Position numbers and translations under genes: made by a program. This document shows positions 8,519 through 17,365 of a stretch of DNA of 32,000 bases, piece by piece; within the stretch, counting starts at the first letter, position 1, and the number at the start of each line of letters is the position of its first letter. The notes beneath the pieces were generated by a model that saw only the letters and a program-made list of their open reading frames with translations, was not told where the DNA came from and ran no database searches. This DNA comes from Nitrososphaerota archaeon (GTDB lineage: Archaea > Thermoproteota > Nitrososphaeria > Nitrososphaerales > UBA57): positions 30,001 through 62,000 of the forward strand of contig VHBL01000002.1 in NCBI GenBank assembly GCA_016871995.1, read 5' to 3'.

Positions 8519-8821
8519 ATATCCTCTGAATCGCACTGACTCGAAATCAGCAACCCTTCCGTCTTTTATTGAAATTCCCTCATTACGGAGCATCTCGACC
8601 TTCTTCCTTACCCCTCCAGCATATCCCCCAAGCCTTCCATCAGACTGCACAACTCTATGGCATGGAACCTTCGGCGCGTGTGGATTTAGATGCAGGAACT
8701 TTCCGATCTGCCTTGAATGATTGGGATGTCCAAGAGCCTTTGCGATGTCGCCATAGGTCCCTACTTTGCCCTCTGGTATCATCGATGTCACTGAATAGAC
8801 CTGCGATGCAGCGACCTTCAA
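8501..8821 (-). CDS. ogt: methylated-DNA--protein-cysteine methyltransferase, single (C-terminal-type) domain
   Basis: IPEGKVGTYGDIAKALG...NPHAPKVPCHRVVQSDGRLGGYAGG contains the PCHR active-site motif. It is only 106 aa, with no N-terminal domain. A TTG start overlaps the dtdA stop (TTGA). Confidence 0.8.
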   Translation of the reverse strand: MKVAASQVYSVTSMIPEGKVGTYGDIAKALGHPNHSRQIGKFLHLNPHAPKVPCHRVVQSDGRLGGYAGGVRKKVEMLRNEGISIKDGRVADFESVRFRGYSVSKV

Positions 8822-9618
8822 AGTTTGACTATGCTGAGATTCTTGGACTCTAGTATTTTAAGAATCCTCTGCTTTTCCTGGCCCATGCCCTTCCAGTCAA
8901 GGTAAGCGTAAGTGATCTTTTCGCAGCTTTTGGCAAGCAAAGAATCTATTGTATCTTCAGCAACATTCTGGAGGTTGTGTCTTGAGATGAAACCTGCAAG
9001 CGCAACATCAGTCTCCGCAAGCAGTCTGGTGAACTTCTCCGAGTAATGTAAACCCCCAAGGCTTATCCCTATCTTATCTGCCCTGCTGAAATTATCCAGA
9101 GTTGCTGCTAGCGCTTTGCATATAACAGATGCGCCATGCGTATCAGTCCATTCCTTCTCCGTAGAACCCAATTCTGCAAAAAGGACAGGTTTTTGCAACG
9201 ACGTCGGCCCGTGATGCGTAGACTCTATAATGATGTCGTAAGGCTTGGCCTCTTCCCTAATCTTCCAGAGGTTCTGCATAAAGCGCTTTTGCAGCGACGG
9301 GTTAGTCCATGCAAGCTCTCTTGCCCTGCCTCCATGCGAAATATCGTCTCCGACATTGCCAGGAAAGTGGGAAGTTATTGTTGGCGTTCCGCTAGCGGAG
9401 GCGTGCCTTGAAAGGAAGATATACGCTTCTGGCGAAAATTCAAGCTCGTCTATGTAAAGGAGATCCTTGGGAGAGAATATCAGCAGGTCGTCATTTCTTG
9501 CAAAGAGCGGAAGGTTCTGGAAGTTGCCAGACTCTCTGAACCCATATCCCTTTATCAGAATATCGGCCATCAGGGAGCTTGCCTTGTCGGCCTTGGAGCT
9601 TACTAGAGCGAACCTCAA
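8818..9618 (-). CDS. dtdA: D-aminoacyl-tRNA deacylase, archaeal type (DtdA)
   Basis: LSRHASASGTPTITSHFPGN, ESTHHGPTSLQKPVLFAELGSTEKEW and LGGLHYSEKFT match the archaeal DtdA family; the length of about 266 aa also fits. Confidence 0.85.
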   Translation of the reverse strand: MRFALVSSKADKASSLMADILIKGYGFRESGNFQNLPLFARNDDLLIFSPKDLLYIDELEFSPEAYIFLSRHASASGTPTITSHFPGNVGDDISHGGRARELAWTNPSLQKRFMQNLWKIREEAKPYDIIIESTHHGPTSLQKPVLFAELGSTEKEWTDTHGASVICKALAATLDNFSRADKIGISLGGLHYSEKFTRLLAETDVALAGFISRHNLQNVAEDTIDSLLAKSCEKITYAYLDWKGMGQEKQRILKILESKNLSIVKL

Positions 9619-9772
9619 AGACGTCCCTTATGAAACTAGTATGTTTATAACCCGGTGCTGTATGATGTATTCCTTCGCTAAATCGGGAGAGGGACATCGA
9701 CAATTGACGAATTTTTTACCCCTTGGGCGAAAGGCTAAAAAAGGAAAGATAGAAAGGGAATCCAGATTTCAG

Positions 9773-10822
9773 ATGGCTACGGTCGAAACAAGGGGCTTCG
9801 ATGCCTATTATGAGCCTGAATCATCATCAAAACTCCAGCAGATGTATAGGTTCATGCGGCTGGCAAGGTACGTAGACGAAAAATGCATAAACCTGCAGAG
9901 ACAGGGGAAGATATCCTTCTACCTTCCTCAGATTGGACATGAAGCCTGTTCCGTTGGGAGTGCATTTGCATTGGAGAACGAGGACTGGGTATTCCCTGGC
10001 TACAGGGAGATTGCGGGTGCCTTGGTAAGAGGGTATTCGCTGAACGACCTGTTCTCCCAATTAAGAGGGACTGTCAACGATGTCCAAAAAGGGAGGCAGA
10101 TGCCCGTCTTCTTCAGCGAAAGGGCGATAAGGTGGGTCAGCTCATCGGCACCTGTTGGGAACAGGATTATACATGCTGTCGGCTTGGCTCTGGCTGCAAA
10201 GCTGAAGGGCGACAAGATAGTTTCCATGGTTTATTTTGGGGACGGGACTACATCAACTGCTGACTTCCATACTGGTTTGAACTTTGCTGGAGTCTTCCAA
10301 ACCCCAACTATATTCTTCTGCCTTAACAACCAGTACGCGATTTCGCTCCCCTTTGAGAGACAGACGGCATCGGAGAGTATAGCGATAAAGGCAAAGGCTT
10401 ACGGAATTGACGGAATCAGGATAGACGGGAATAACATCCTGCAGGTCTACAATGTCACAAAAGCTGCTGCGGAGCAGGCCAGGAATTCTGGAAGGGCGAC
10501 GCTGATAGAAGCTTTAACCTACAGGCTTGCTGGGCACAGCACGTCTGATGATCCTACTCGCTATAGAAGCAGTGCAGAACTTGCCGAATGGATGCGACAG
10601 GACCCGGTGGAGAAGTTCAAGAGATTCCTGCTGGGCAAGAACCTGTGGAGCGACGAAATGGAGGAGAAGCTAAGGGAAGAGTCCGTATCTCTGATAGATG
10701 GTGCTGTAGAGCATATGGAAAAGGCCGAGCTTCCGAGCACGGAGACGCTGATTCAGGATGTCTATAGCGATGTCCCTGACAGCCTTAGGGAACAACTGGA
10801 TGACATGCTGTCTTCAGAGTAA
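9773..10822 (+). CDS. 2-oxoacid (branched-chain/pyruvate-type) dehydrogenase E1 component alpha subunit, TPP-dependent
   Basis: YREIAGALVRG, GRQMPVFF, the TPP motif YFGDGTTSTADFH...LNNQYAIS, and TYRLAGHSTSDDPTRYR. The track ORF (from 9467) has a 102-aa non-homologous leader overlapping dtdA. The ATG at 9773 gives 349 aa. Confidence 0.88.
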   Translation: MATVETRGFDAYYEPESSSKLQQMYRFMRLARYVDEKCINLQRQGKISFYLPQIGHEACSVGSAFALENEDWVFPGYREIAGALVRGYSLNDLFSQLRGTVNDVQKGRQMPVFFSERAIRWVSSSAPVGNRIIHAVGLALAAKLKGDKIVSMVYFGDGTTSTADFHTGLNFAGVFQTPTIFFCLNNQYAISLPFERQTASESIAIKAKAYGIDGIRIDGNNILQVYNVTKAAAEQARNSGRATLIEALTYRLAGHSTSDDPTRYRSSAELAEWMRQDPVEKFKRFLLGKNLWSDEMEEKLREESVSLIDGAVEHMEKAELPSTETLIQDVYSDVPDSLREQLDDMLSSE

Positions 10823-10983
10823 TCCAAGTTTCTGTTGACTGGGGCTTGTTGCACACCCATAACCCCTTCCGTATGGGGGTATTATCTGACTAAGTTATGC
10901 TATCAATTATTGGATGAAGTGAAAAACTTGTGGTGTCTTCCCAGAAATGTGGTAAATGTGCCGTATAAAGTACGCCGCTAACT

Positions 10984-11529
10984 TTAGGCTTCAACCTTCA
11001 TCATTGCAGAGTCGTAGAGGTCTTTAATGAGTGTTCCAACATTAGCTGTGCGTGCCCCCGTGGCTACATAGATTCCCTCGTTGAGCAGGCTGGGTTCGGG
11101 CAATATCATGCAACTTGAGCCTGAAGATATCGCCACAAGCTTTGCCTCTTCGCTGTGCCTGAAGCTGAAACTGCTGTTCGAGGAGTACTTACTGATCAAT
11201 TGTGCTGCAAGTTCATCCCGCGAGGTAAGCACCTTGACTTTCACCTTCTTGCTGAAGACGCTACCTGAAGTTTCGAGCATGGGAAGTATTTCTTGCAGGT
11301 GCTTGGAATCCGCTATCAAGTAGATGTCTTTGGTCGCTCCATTGGCTATCTTTGCCATTACATCCATGATCGAGTGCCTGTCCCTGAAGAGCTCCACATG
11401 GGGAACATTGCTACCCGCCTTTATCAGTTCAAAGATTAGTGAGATGTCCATCGCGCTCTCCCAGAGCTCTGAATTGAGGGAGATCACACAGTCCACGAAA
11501 CGTTTGTTGCTTGACCATATCTCTATCAT
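10984..11529 (-). CDS. hypothetical protein, possibly a TrmB C-terminal-like domain without an HTH
   Basis: A 181-aa ORF downstream of galU-uxs on the same strand. The middle part (HSIMDVMAKIANGATKDIYLIADSKHLQEILPMLE...KVKVKVLTS) loosely follows the TrmB_C pattern. In-frame TAG TAA stops lie 17 codons upstream of the ATG. Confidence 0.4.
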   Translation of the reverse strand: MIEIWSSNKRFVDCVISLNSELWESAMDISLIFELIKAGSNVPHVELFRDRHSIMDVMAKIANGATKDIYLIADSKHLQEILPMLETSGSVFSKKVKVKVLTSRDELAAQLISKYSSNSSFSFRHSEEAKLVAISSGSSCMILPEPSLLNEGIYVATGARTANVGTLIKDLYDSAMMKVEA

Positions 11530-11647
11530 GTTCGGCCCCTGATCGTCGAGCTCGCCTGACTGGAAGACGAGCCTTGACTTTTACTATGAAGAGGTCGAAG
11601 AAATACCAGCAGAGCTCCCATAATACCAAAAGTTCCACAATCAGTCT

Positions 11648-12652
11648 CTAACTATCTCTGAACCAGATTATGGTTCGCTTCAAACCCTCATCAAGGTCAA
11701 CTGAAGGGCTCCACGCAAGAACTTTCTTTGCCTTGCCAATGTCTGGGCACCTCCGCTTTGGGTCGTCAGGAGCAAGAGGTAGGTGAACAATCTTCGATTT
11801 CGCCTTTGTAAGCCTGATTATCATCTTTGCTAGCTCCAAAATTGCTATCTCCCTTGGACTCCCTACGTTGAATACTTGCCCTGCCGCCTTTTTATGCAGG
11901 AACGCCTTTACCATCGCAGACACTGTGTCGCTAACATAGCAGAGCGATCTAGTCTGTTTGCCCTCTCCATGAACCGTTAGCGGCTTATTCCCAAGAGCCT
12001 GAACGATGAACCTTGGTACAGCTCTACCATAAGCTCCTGTAGCCCTGATTCTTGGGCCATACGTGTTGAATATCCTCGTAATTCTAACATCAATGCCGTA
12101 TTGTCGTCTGTATGCCATACACATAGCTTCCCCTACCCTTTTCCCTTCATCGTAGCATGAGCGCAGACCTATCGGATTGACGTTGCCCCAATAGGTTTCT
12201 GGAGTAGGTACAACCTTTGGGTCTCCATAGACTTCTGATGTCGAAGCAAAGAGCAGTTTAGCGTCGTTCCGTCTTGCAAGCTCGAGAGCTCCTATCATCC
12301 CATTGGTAGAAACTGCAAGAGTGTCTACAGGGTGCTTCTGATAGTCGTCTGGAGAGGGCCTGCTGGCCAGATGCAGAATCAGGTCGAATTTGCCATTCGC
12401 GTACCAGTCTCTTGTAGAAACGTCAATGCGTTTGTACTCGAAATTCTTATTCCCTTTTTGATGCTCAATATTCTCAACTTTACCAGTTGCAAGGTTGTCG
12501 TAGCAGGTTACCTTGCTTTTGTGAACAAAAGCGTCGCAGAGCCAAGAACCTAGGAACCCGGCTCCTCCTGTGATCAAGACTCGCTGCCCTTCAGCATCTT
12601 CGACATCCTTCTGCAATTTCAGAATGTCCTTCTTTATGATCCGATGCAGCAT
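11648..12652 (-). CDS. UDP-glucuronate decarboxylase (UDP-xylose synthase)-like NAD-dependent epimerase/dehydratase
   Basis: Rossmann motif VLITGGAGFLGSWLCD and catalytic YDEGKRVGEAMCMAY, closely resembling the UXS signature. SDR-extended family membership is certain; substrate is inferred. Confidence 0.8.
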   Translation of the reverse strand: MLHRIIKKDILKLQKDVEDAEGQRVLITGGAGFLGSWLCDAFVHKSKVTCYDNLATGKVENIEHQKGNKNFEYKRIDVSTRDWYANGKFDLILHLASRPSPDDYQKHPVDTLAVSTNGMIGALELARRNDAKLLFASTSEVYGDPKVVPTPETYWGNVNPIGLRSCYDEGKRVGEAMCMAYRRQYGIDVRITRIFNTYGPRIRATGAYGRAVPRFIVQALGNKPLTVHGEGKQTRSLCYVSDTVSAMVKAFLHKKAAGQVFNVGSPREIAILELAKMIIRLTKAKSKIVHLPLAPDDPKRRCPDIGKAKKVLAWSPSVDLDEGLKRTIIWFRDS

Positions 12653-12653
12653 G

Positions 12654-13568
12654 TTAAGTGCCTTTGAACATTTTGTATGTCAACTGCTGGGCTTCCCAGT
12701 AAGATTCTGGAGTGCCGACATCCACCCAGAGGTTATCTTTCGGGAGTTCTATCGCACTAACCTTCCTCCCTTTTTTGATAAGGTTCTGTATGCCGTCAGT
12801 CAGTTGAATTTCCCCCCCAACGCCCCCTTTGACACTCTTCAAAGCGGCAAATATCGATGAGTCAAATGAATAGATGGGCATTAAAGCAAGGTTTGAAACG
12901 AACTTCTTCGGCTTCTCAACCGCTTCAAGTACTCTGTACTCCCCCTTGCCAGTTTTTTTCGATTTTATCACTCCGAACCTTCTTGGATCCTCAACCTTTC
13001 TGACAACAAGCGTAGCATCATCGTTACCCTGTATTTTATGCTCAATGCACTTTTTCAGGTGGGATTGGCCTTTTGTCACTATGATTGTATCTCCAGCATG
13101 GACCAAGAATTCATCCTTGCCTGCAAAGGACTCTGCCTTCAGTACAGCGTCTCCGAAGCCCTTTGGATATGGCTGATTTATCCAGTACATCGCAGACTTT
13201 TCGATCATCTTGTAGAAGACTGCAAGTTCATCTGCTTTCTCGTTCCTCCCCGAACCCCTCAACTTTTCGACGTATAACACATCAGGCGTAAAATGATCTT
13301 CTATCGCCCTCTTCCCTCTCCCAACTATAAAGCAGAATTCTCTTATGCCTGCACCATACAGCTGTTCAAAGACCAGTTGGAGAAGAGGTTTGACAGATAA
13401 CTCTCCGTTGACCCCCTTCGAGAAGATAGGTAGCATCTCCTTTGGCTGCTCCTTCGTGGCTGGGAGCAGTCTTGTGCCCAAACCTGCTGCTGGTATGATA
13501 GCTTTTTTGATCACTTTTGAGCCTCTCGGAGAGTCTTTAAGCCATTTATATTTAGTCTTTGAATGCAT
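12654..13568 (-). CDS. galU: UTP--glucose-1-phosphate uridylyltransferase
   Basis: KAIIPAAGLGTRLLPATKEQPKEMLPI is the GalU-type N-terminal signature. A 1-nt gap separates it from the uxs-like gene. Confidence 0.85.
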   Translation of the reverse strand: MHSKTKYKWLKDSPRGSKVIKKAIIPAAGLGTRLLPATKEQPKEMLPIFSKGVNGELSVKPLLQLVFEQLYGAGIREFCFIVGRGKRAIEDHFTPDVLYVEKLRGSGRNEKADELAVFYKMIEKSAMYWINQPYPKGFGDAVLKAESFAGKDEFLVHAGDTIIVTKGQSHLKKCIEHKIQGNDDATLVVRKVEDPRRFGVIKSKKTGKGEYRVLEAVEKPKKFVSNLALMPIYSFDSSIFAALKSVKGGVGGEIQLTDGIQNLIKKGRKVSAIELPKDNLWVDVGTPESYWEAQQLTYKMFKGT

Positions 13569-13652
13569 TTCACGTCTGCTTGGACTAGTACAATTGTCTT
13601 AATGCTTAGATTAATCCGCTTGGGATGCTATTCTTCAATAACGCCTAAAATT

Positions 13653-13685
13653 ATTACCATGCACCACCATTATATGCATGGTAAT
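13653..13685. promoter_or_regulatory. candidate vapBC operator/promoter: 11-bp perfect inverted repeat flanking a TATA-like element
   Basis: ATTACCATGCA (13653..13663) and TGCATGGTAAT (13675..13685) are exact reverse complements. The spacer CCACCATTATA carries the TATA-like core about 30 nt upstream of the antitoxin ATG (13705). Confidence 0.45.
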
Positions 13686-13704
13686 CACCATATTGTATGG
13701 TTTC

Positions 13705-13944
13705 ATGAGCAAAATAGCAACTGTAACCAGCAAGAGCATGGTTACAATTCCGTCGAAATTAAGGAAAAAGCTCGACCTCCGACAAGGCAGCAAGGTCGAG
13801 TTTGTAGAGGTAGAGGAGGGATTGCTTATGATTCCCCTCAAGAGCCTTGGCGAGCTTAGAGGTGCGGCTAAAGAGAAGAAAGCCATACTAGTTAAGGCAG
13901 TTAAAGAATTAGACGTAGAGCATAGGATAGAGGCAAAAGGATGA
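13705..13944 (+). CDS. vapB: AbrB/SpoVT-type antitoxin (VapB-like)
   Basis: MSKIATVTSKSMVTIPSKLRKKLDLRQGSKVEFVEVEEGLLMIP is a swapped-hairpin AbrB/MazE-type DNA-binding domain. The stop overlaps the next ATG (ATGA). Confidence 0.75.
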   Translation: MSKIATVTSKSMVTIPSKLRKKLDLRQGSKVEFVEVEEGLLMIPLKSLGELRGAAKEKKAILVKAVKELDVEHRIEAKG

Positions 13945-14338
13945 GCAATAAACTTGTCCTTAATGCAGGGATTCTGGCCTTGCATCTTGCTGACCAAAAA
14001 ATGTTAGAATATATTTTGACGCAATTAGTGCAGGACGATCAAAGGGTTTGATATCTAGCGTTAATCTAGCCGAATTCTACTACAAGATATGCCAAAAGCT
14101 TGGTAAGCAGACAGCAGATTCTTGGTATTTTCAGTTGTGCAGAAGCAGGCTGGAAGTCGTACATAATGACGAGTTGGTTAGGTATGCCGGTCTAGAAAAG
14201 TGCAGGCAACCAAACAGGCTGGCATTTGCTGACTGTTTTGCTCTAGCACTTGCAAGAATGGAGCACGCGCTCCTGCTAACAACAGATAGCGAACTATCGA
14301 AAGTCAAAGATGTAGAAGTTAGATACGTAAGACCTTAA
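13941..14338 (+). pseudogene. vapC: PIN-domain toxin VapC, interrupted by a frameshift
   Basis: ATG 13941 gives MSNKLVLNAGILALHLADQK..., stopping at 14049. The rest of the PIN domain (…GLISSVNLAEFYY…FADCFALALA…LLTTDSEL…) is in the -1 frame, which is open from 13994. One extra A in the A6 run (13996..14001) would fuse them into about 131 aa. Confidence 0.7.
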
Positions 14339-14407
14339 AATATACCCAGCCTATCCCGACATAGCTGTCTTATACAGAAGCATTAACTAATTATATCCAT
14401 ATTTCAA

Positions 14408-15760
14408 ATGCGATTACGTTTGCCAGCTAAACACTCCGTAGCCATAGTGGGCCTTGGATTCGTGGGCCTTTCAACAGCAGTATGTTTTGCAAAGCTCGGC
14501 ATTGAGGTTCTCGGCATCGATCTTGACAGAAGGAAGATTGCACTGATAGCAAAAGGTCGTGTACCTTTTCACGAGCCAAACTTGGACAGACTTCTCCAAG
14601 AAACTACCAACGCAAGTTTCCAAGTTTCTACGAACGTAAAATTGATTGCAAGATCACCAATCATCTTCATCGTTGTGGGCACGCCTAGCAAAGAAGACGG
14701 CTCGATGGATGACAGGTATCTCCGCTCTGCTGCAAGGGATGTAGGCTCGGCAATAAAAGGAAGCAAGTCTTACCCTCTAATCGTAGTCAAGAGCACAGTC
14801 GTACCAGGAACGCTACTGAACCTTGTCATCCCAGAAATCGAAAAAACATCAGGATTGAAATATGGAAAGGGGTTCGGGGCATGCTCCAATCCAGAATTCT
14901 TGCGTGAAGGATCTGCAATAGAGGATACGCTAAAACCAGACAGGATTATCATAGGAGGCAGCAAGAAAGACGCAATAACGCTCCAAAGTTTCTACGCAAA
15001 AACCTATGGCAAAAGCCTCCCAAAGACCATCATGACCAACCCTCACAACGCTGAGCTGATCAAATATGCTAACAATGCCTTTTTGGCCATGAAGATCAGC
15101 TTTGCCAATTCACTGGCTCGGTTATGCGAAAAACTGCCCGAAGGAGATGTCAATGTCATTGCAGAGGGGGTAGGCCTTGACAGGAGAATCGGATCACTTT
15201 TCCTCAGAGCTGGTCTGGGCTTCGGAGGTTCGTGCTTCCCGAAGGATGTCAGAGCCTTCATAGAATTTTCAAAGAAACTTGGCTATGCCCCTCCTCTTGC
15301 TGAGGCTACGATGCAGATCAACAAAATACAGCCGTTAAGAGCTGTGGAAATGGCAGAAGATAAGATTGGGAGCCTGAAGGGAAAGAAGGTTGCACTGCTC
15401 GGCCTTACCTTCAAGCCAGATACTGACGACATGAGGGAAGCGGTATCTATAAGAATCGTCGATGAGCTCTTGAAAAAAGGGGCACGAGTATATGCCCATG
15501 ACCCAAAAGCTCTTGAAACTGCATCATCAGTATTCGGCAAAAAAATCAAACTAGTTTCTAGCGCAAAAGAGTGTCTGAAGGGCGCAGACTGCGCAATCTT
15601 GGTTACAGAATGGAAAGACTATCTGGCTCTAAAGCCTAGAGACTTCAAATCACTGATGAAAAACCCAATCGTAATAGATGGGAGGAGGCTCTTTGATGCG
15701 GAGGAGTTCTCCAAAGCTCTTGACTATGCAGCCATAGGTCTTGGGAAACGATCATCCTGA
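14408..15760 (+). CDS. ugd: UDP-glucose 6-dehydrogenase
   Basis: N-terminal VAIVGLGFVGLSTAVCFA, NPEFLREG and catalytic GFGGSCFPKD. Confidence 0.92.
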   Translation: MRLRLPAKHSVAIVGLGFVGLSTAVCFAKLGIEVLGIDLDRRKIALIAKGRVPFHEPNLDRLLQETTNASFQVSTNVKLIARSPIIFIVVGTPSKEDGSMDDRYLRSAARDVGSAIKGSKSYPLIVVKSTVVPGTLLNLVIPEIEKTSGLKYGKGFGACSNPEFLREGSAIEDTLKPDRIIIGGSKKDAITLQSFYAKTYGKSLPKTIMTNPHNAELIKYANNAFLAMKISFANSLARLCEKLPEGDVNVIAEGVGLDRRIGSLFLRAGLGFGGSCFPKDVRAFIEFSKKLGYAPPLAEATMQINKIQPLRAVEMAEDKIGSLKGKKVALLGLTFKPDTDDMREAVSIRIVDELLKKGARVYAHDPKALETASSVFGKKIKLVSSAKECLKGADCAILVTEWKDYLALKPRDFKSLMKNPIVIDGRRLFDAEEFSKALDYAAIGLGKRSS

Positions 15761-17350
15761 AAGTTGCTCTTCAAGAACGCCTCTGATCCTGTCCTTTCCT
15801 ATGTCAATAACATACGGTCCTAATCGAGGGCCTCTCTCGCTTCCGAGCAGAACCCTATACAGTGTCTTGAAGAACTGCGAAGGTTCGATACCATTCCTCT
15901 TGGCAATTTCGAATATCTCGCTCTGCAAAGTCTTTTGATCTATGTTGTTAGTAAGGTATTGGGCAAGCTCGGAGACGCACTTCTTTTCGACATCAGTCAG
16001 AACTACTTTCTTCCTCTCCAATTTAGAAAAGTCTTCTGCCCATTTTCTTGCCAGCGCGATCTTGACCTTCAAAGGCTCATCGATCTGCTTTAGCATGCCA
16101 TAGCTGGCAAGTTTCCTTTCCACGTAGCCAGCTAGATCGTCTGGTGGAGCCACAGCGACAAGCTGCACCAAAAGCCTGTATGGGACATGAAGAGAGATTT
16201 GAGGCTGCGATAGCTTGTGCACATATTCGTACAAACCTCTGAGCCTGACCCTCTTCTGCTCATTCTCTTCCTTCGTCTTGCCAAAGTACAGGTCTTCTAA
16301 AACGTCCAATTCATCCATGTAGTTGGGAATATCCTCAACAGAGAGGTTTCTGGTCCCCTTGATCCTCTTGAACATCAAGAGCATCAGCGATTCAGAAGTT
16401 CCGTACATAAACCACGTTTGAGGTGTGAATACATTCCCAAGAGATTTCGATATCTTCTTGCCAGATTTATCTAGGAAGAGTTCGTATCTGATGTGCGAAG
16501 GATGCGGGAACTTCAATATCTCATCAGAAATCCAGTCGTTTACATGAACGGAATCCGCAATGTCCTTGCCGTAGGCTTCGAACCTTATGTCCAGTGCTGA
16601 CCATCTGGCAGCAAATTCGCTCTTCCAGCTCAACTTCCCCAAGCCCTTTGTGATATCTACTTCGCCTGAATGACCGCACCCCTCTAACAACTGCTTTCTT
16701 ATCTCAGCGCCCTTGCATCTGTAGAGAACCTTCTTTTCTTCAGGAATATATTGATAGGCTTGCGTCACATATATCCTGCCGCAATTGGCACAAATAGGAT
16801 AATATGGAAGCACATTCTCAAACTTCGTCTGGCCAAGCATCTCGGCAATCTTGTTACCAATCTTCTCTGCATTTTGCAGTATGATGTCTATCTGCCTGTT
16901 TAGCAGACCGTTTCTGTAGGCCTCTGCGCCGCTCTGAAACGTATAATCGATAGCAAGCTTGTCAAGTCCATCTAAAAGCATGGAGCTCATGTGCGCCCCG
17001 TAAGATTTGTGGCAGTCGAACGGGTCAGGGATCACGGAAACTGGCTTTGCGATATATTTGGAGAGCCATTCAGGCAGCCCTTCTGGAATTTTTCTTAGCC
17101 CGTCCAAGTCATCAGAATACGCTATCAGTCTTGATTTGTAGCCCATATCCTGCAAAGCTAATTTTATGCCGTAAGCCCTGACAGCATCGCCTATGCTCCC
17201 AACATGTGGTATGCCAGAAGCTCCAAGGCCACTTTCAACATTTATGAGCTGCAGGGAGCGTCCGAGTTTCTGCTCCCTTTCTAAGATGCGCTTGGCAACC
17301 TTATCGAGCCAAGTTCCCCTGCCTACAACTTCCAGCGAGGATTCTCCCAT
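15752..17350 (-). CDS. lysK: lysyl-tRNA synthetase, class I
   Basis: The archaeal class I LysRS pattern is present: SGLGASGIPHVGS (HIGH-like) and KISKSLGN (KMSKS). The CANCG...C..GH zinc-binding region and the 532-aa length also fit. Confidence 0.93.
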   Translation of the reverse strand: MGESSLEVVGRGTWLDKVAKRILEREQKLGRSLQLINVESGLGASGIPHVGSIGDAVRAYGIKLALQDMGYKSRLIAYSDDLDGLRKIPEGLPEWLSKYIAKPVSVIPDPFDCHKSYGAHMSSMLLDGLDKLAIDYTFQSGAEAYRNGLLNRQIDIILQNAEKIGNKIAEMLGQTKFENVLPYYPICANCGRIYVTQAYQYIPEEKKVLYRCKGAEIRKQLLEGCGHSGEVDITKGLGKLSWKSEFAARWSALDIRFEAYGKDIADSVHVNDWISDEILKFPHPSHIRYELFLDKSGKKISKSLGNVFTPQTWFMYGTSESLMLLMFKRIKGTRNLSVEDIPNYMDELDVLEDLYFGKTKEENEQKRVRLRGLYEYVHKLSQPQISLHVPYRLLVQLVAVAPPDDLAGYVERKLASYGMLKQIDEPLKVKIALARKWAEDFSKLERKKVVLTDVEKKCVSELAQYLTNNIDQKTLQSEIFEIAKRNGIEPSQFFKTLYRVLLGSERGPRLGPYVIDIGKDRIRGVLEEQLSG

Positions 17351-17365
17351 TTTTGATTGCCAGCA

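Noticed and set aside
9467-9772. 102-codon N-terminal extension of the E1-alpha track ORF
   Set aside because: It is not homologous to E1-alpha and overlaps the dtdA coding region and the divergent promoter. The ATG at 9773 gives the expected ~350-aa protein.
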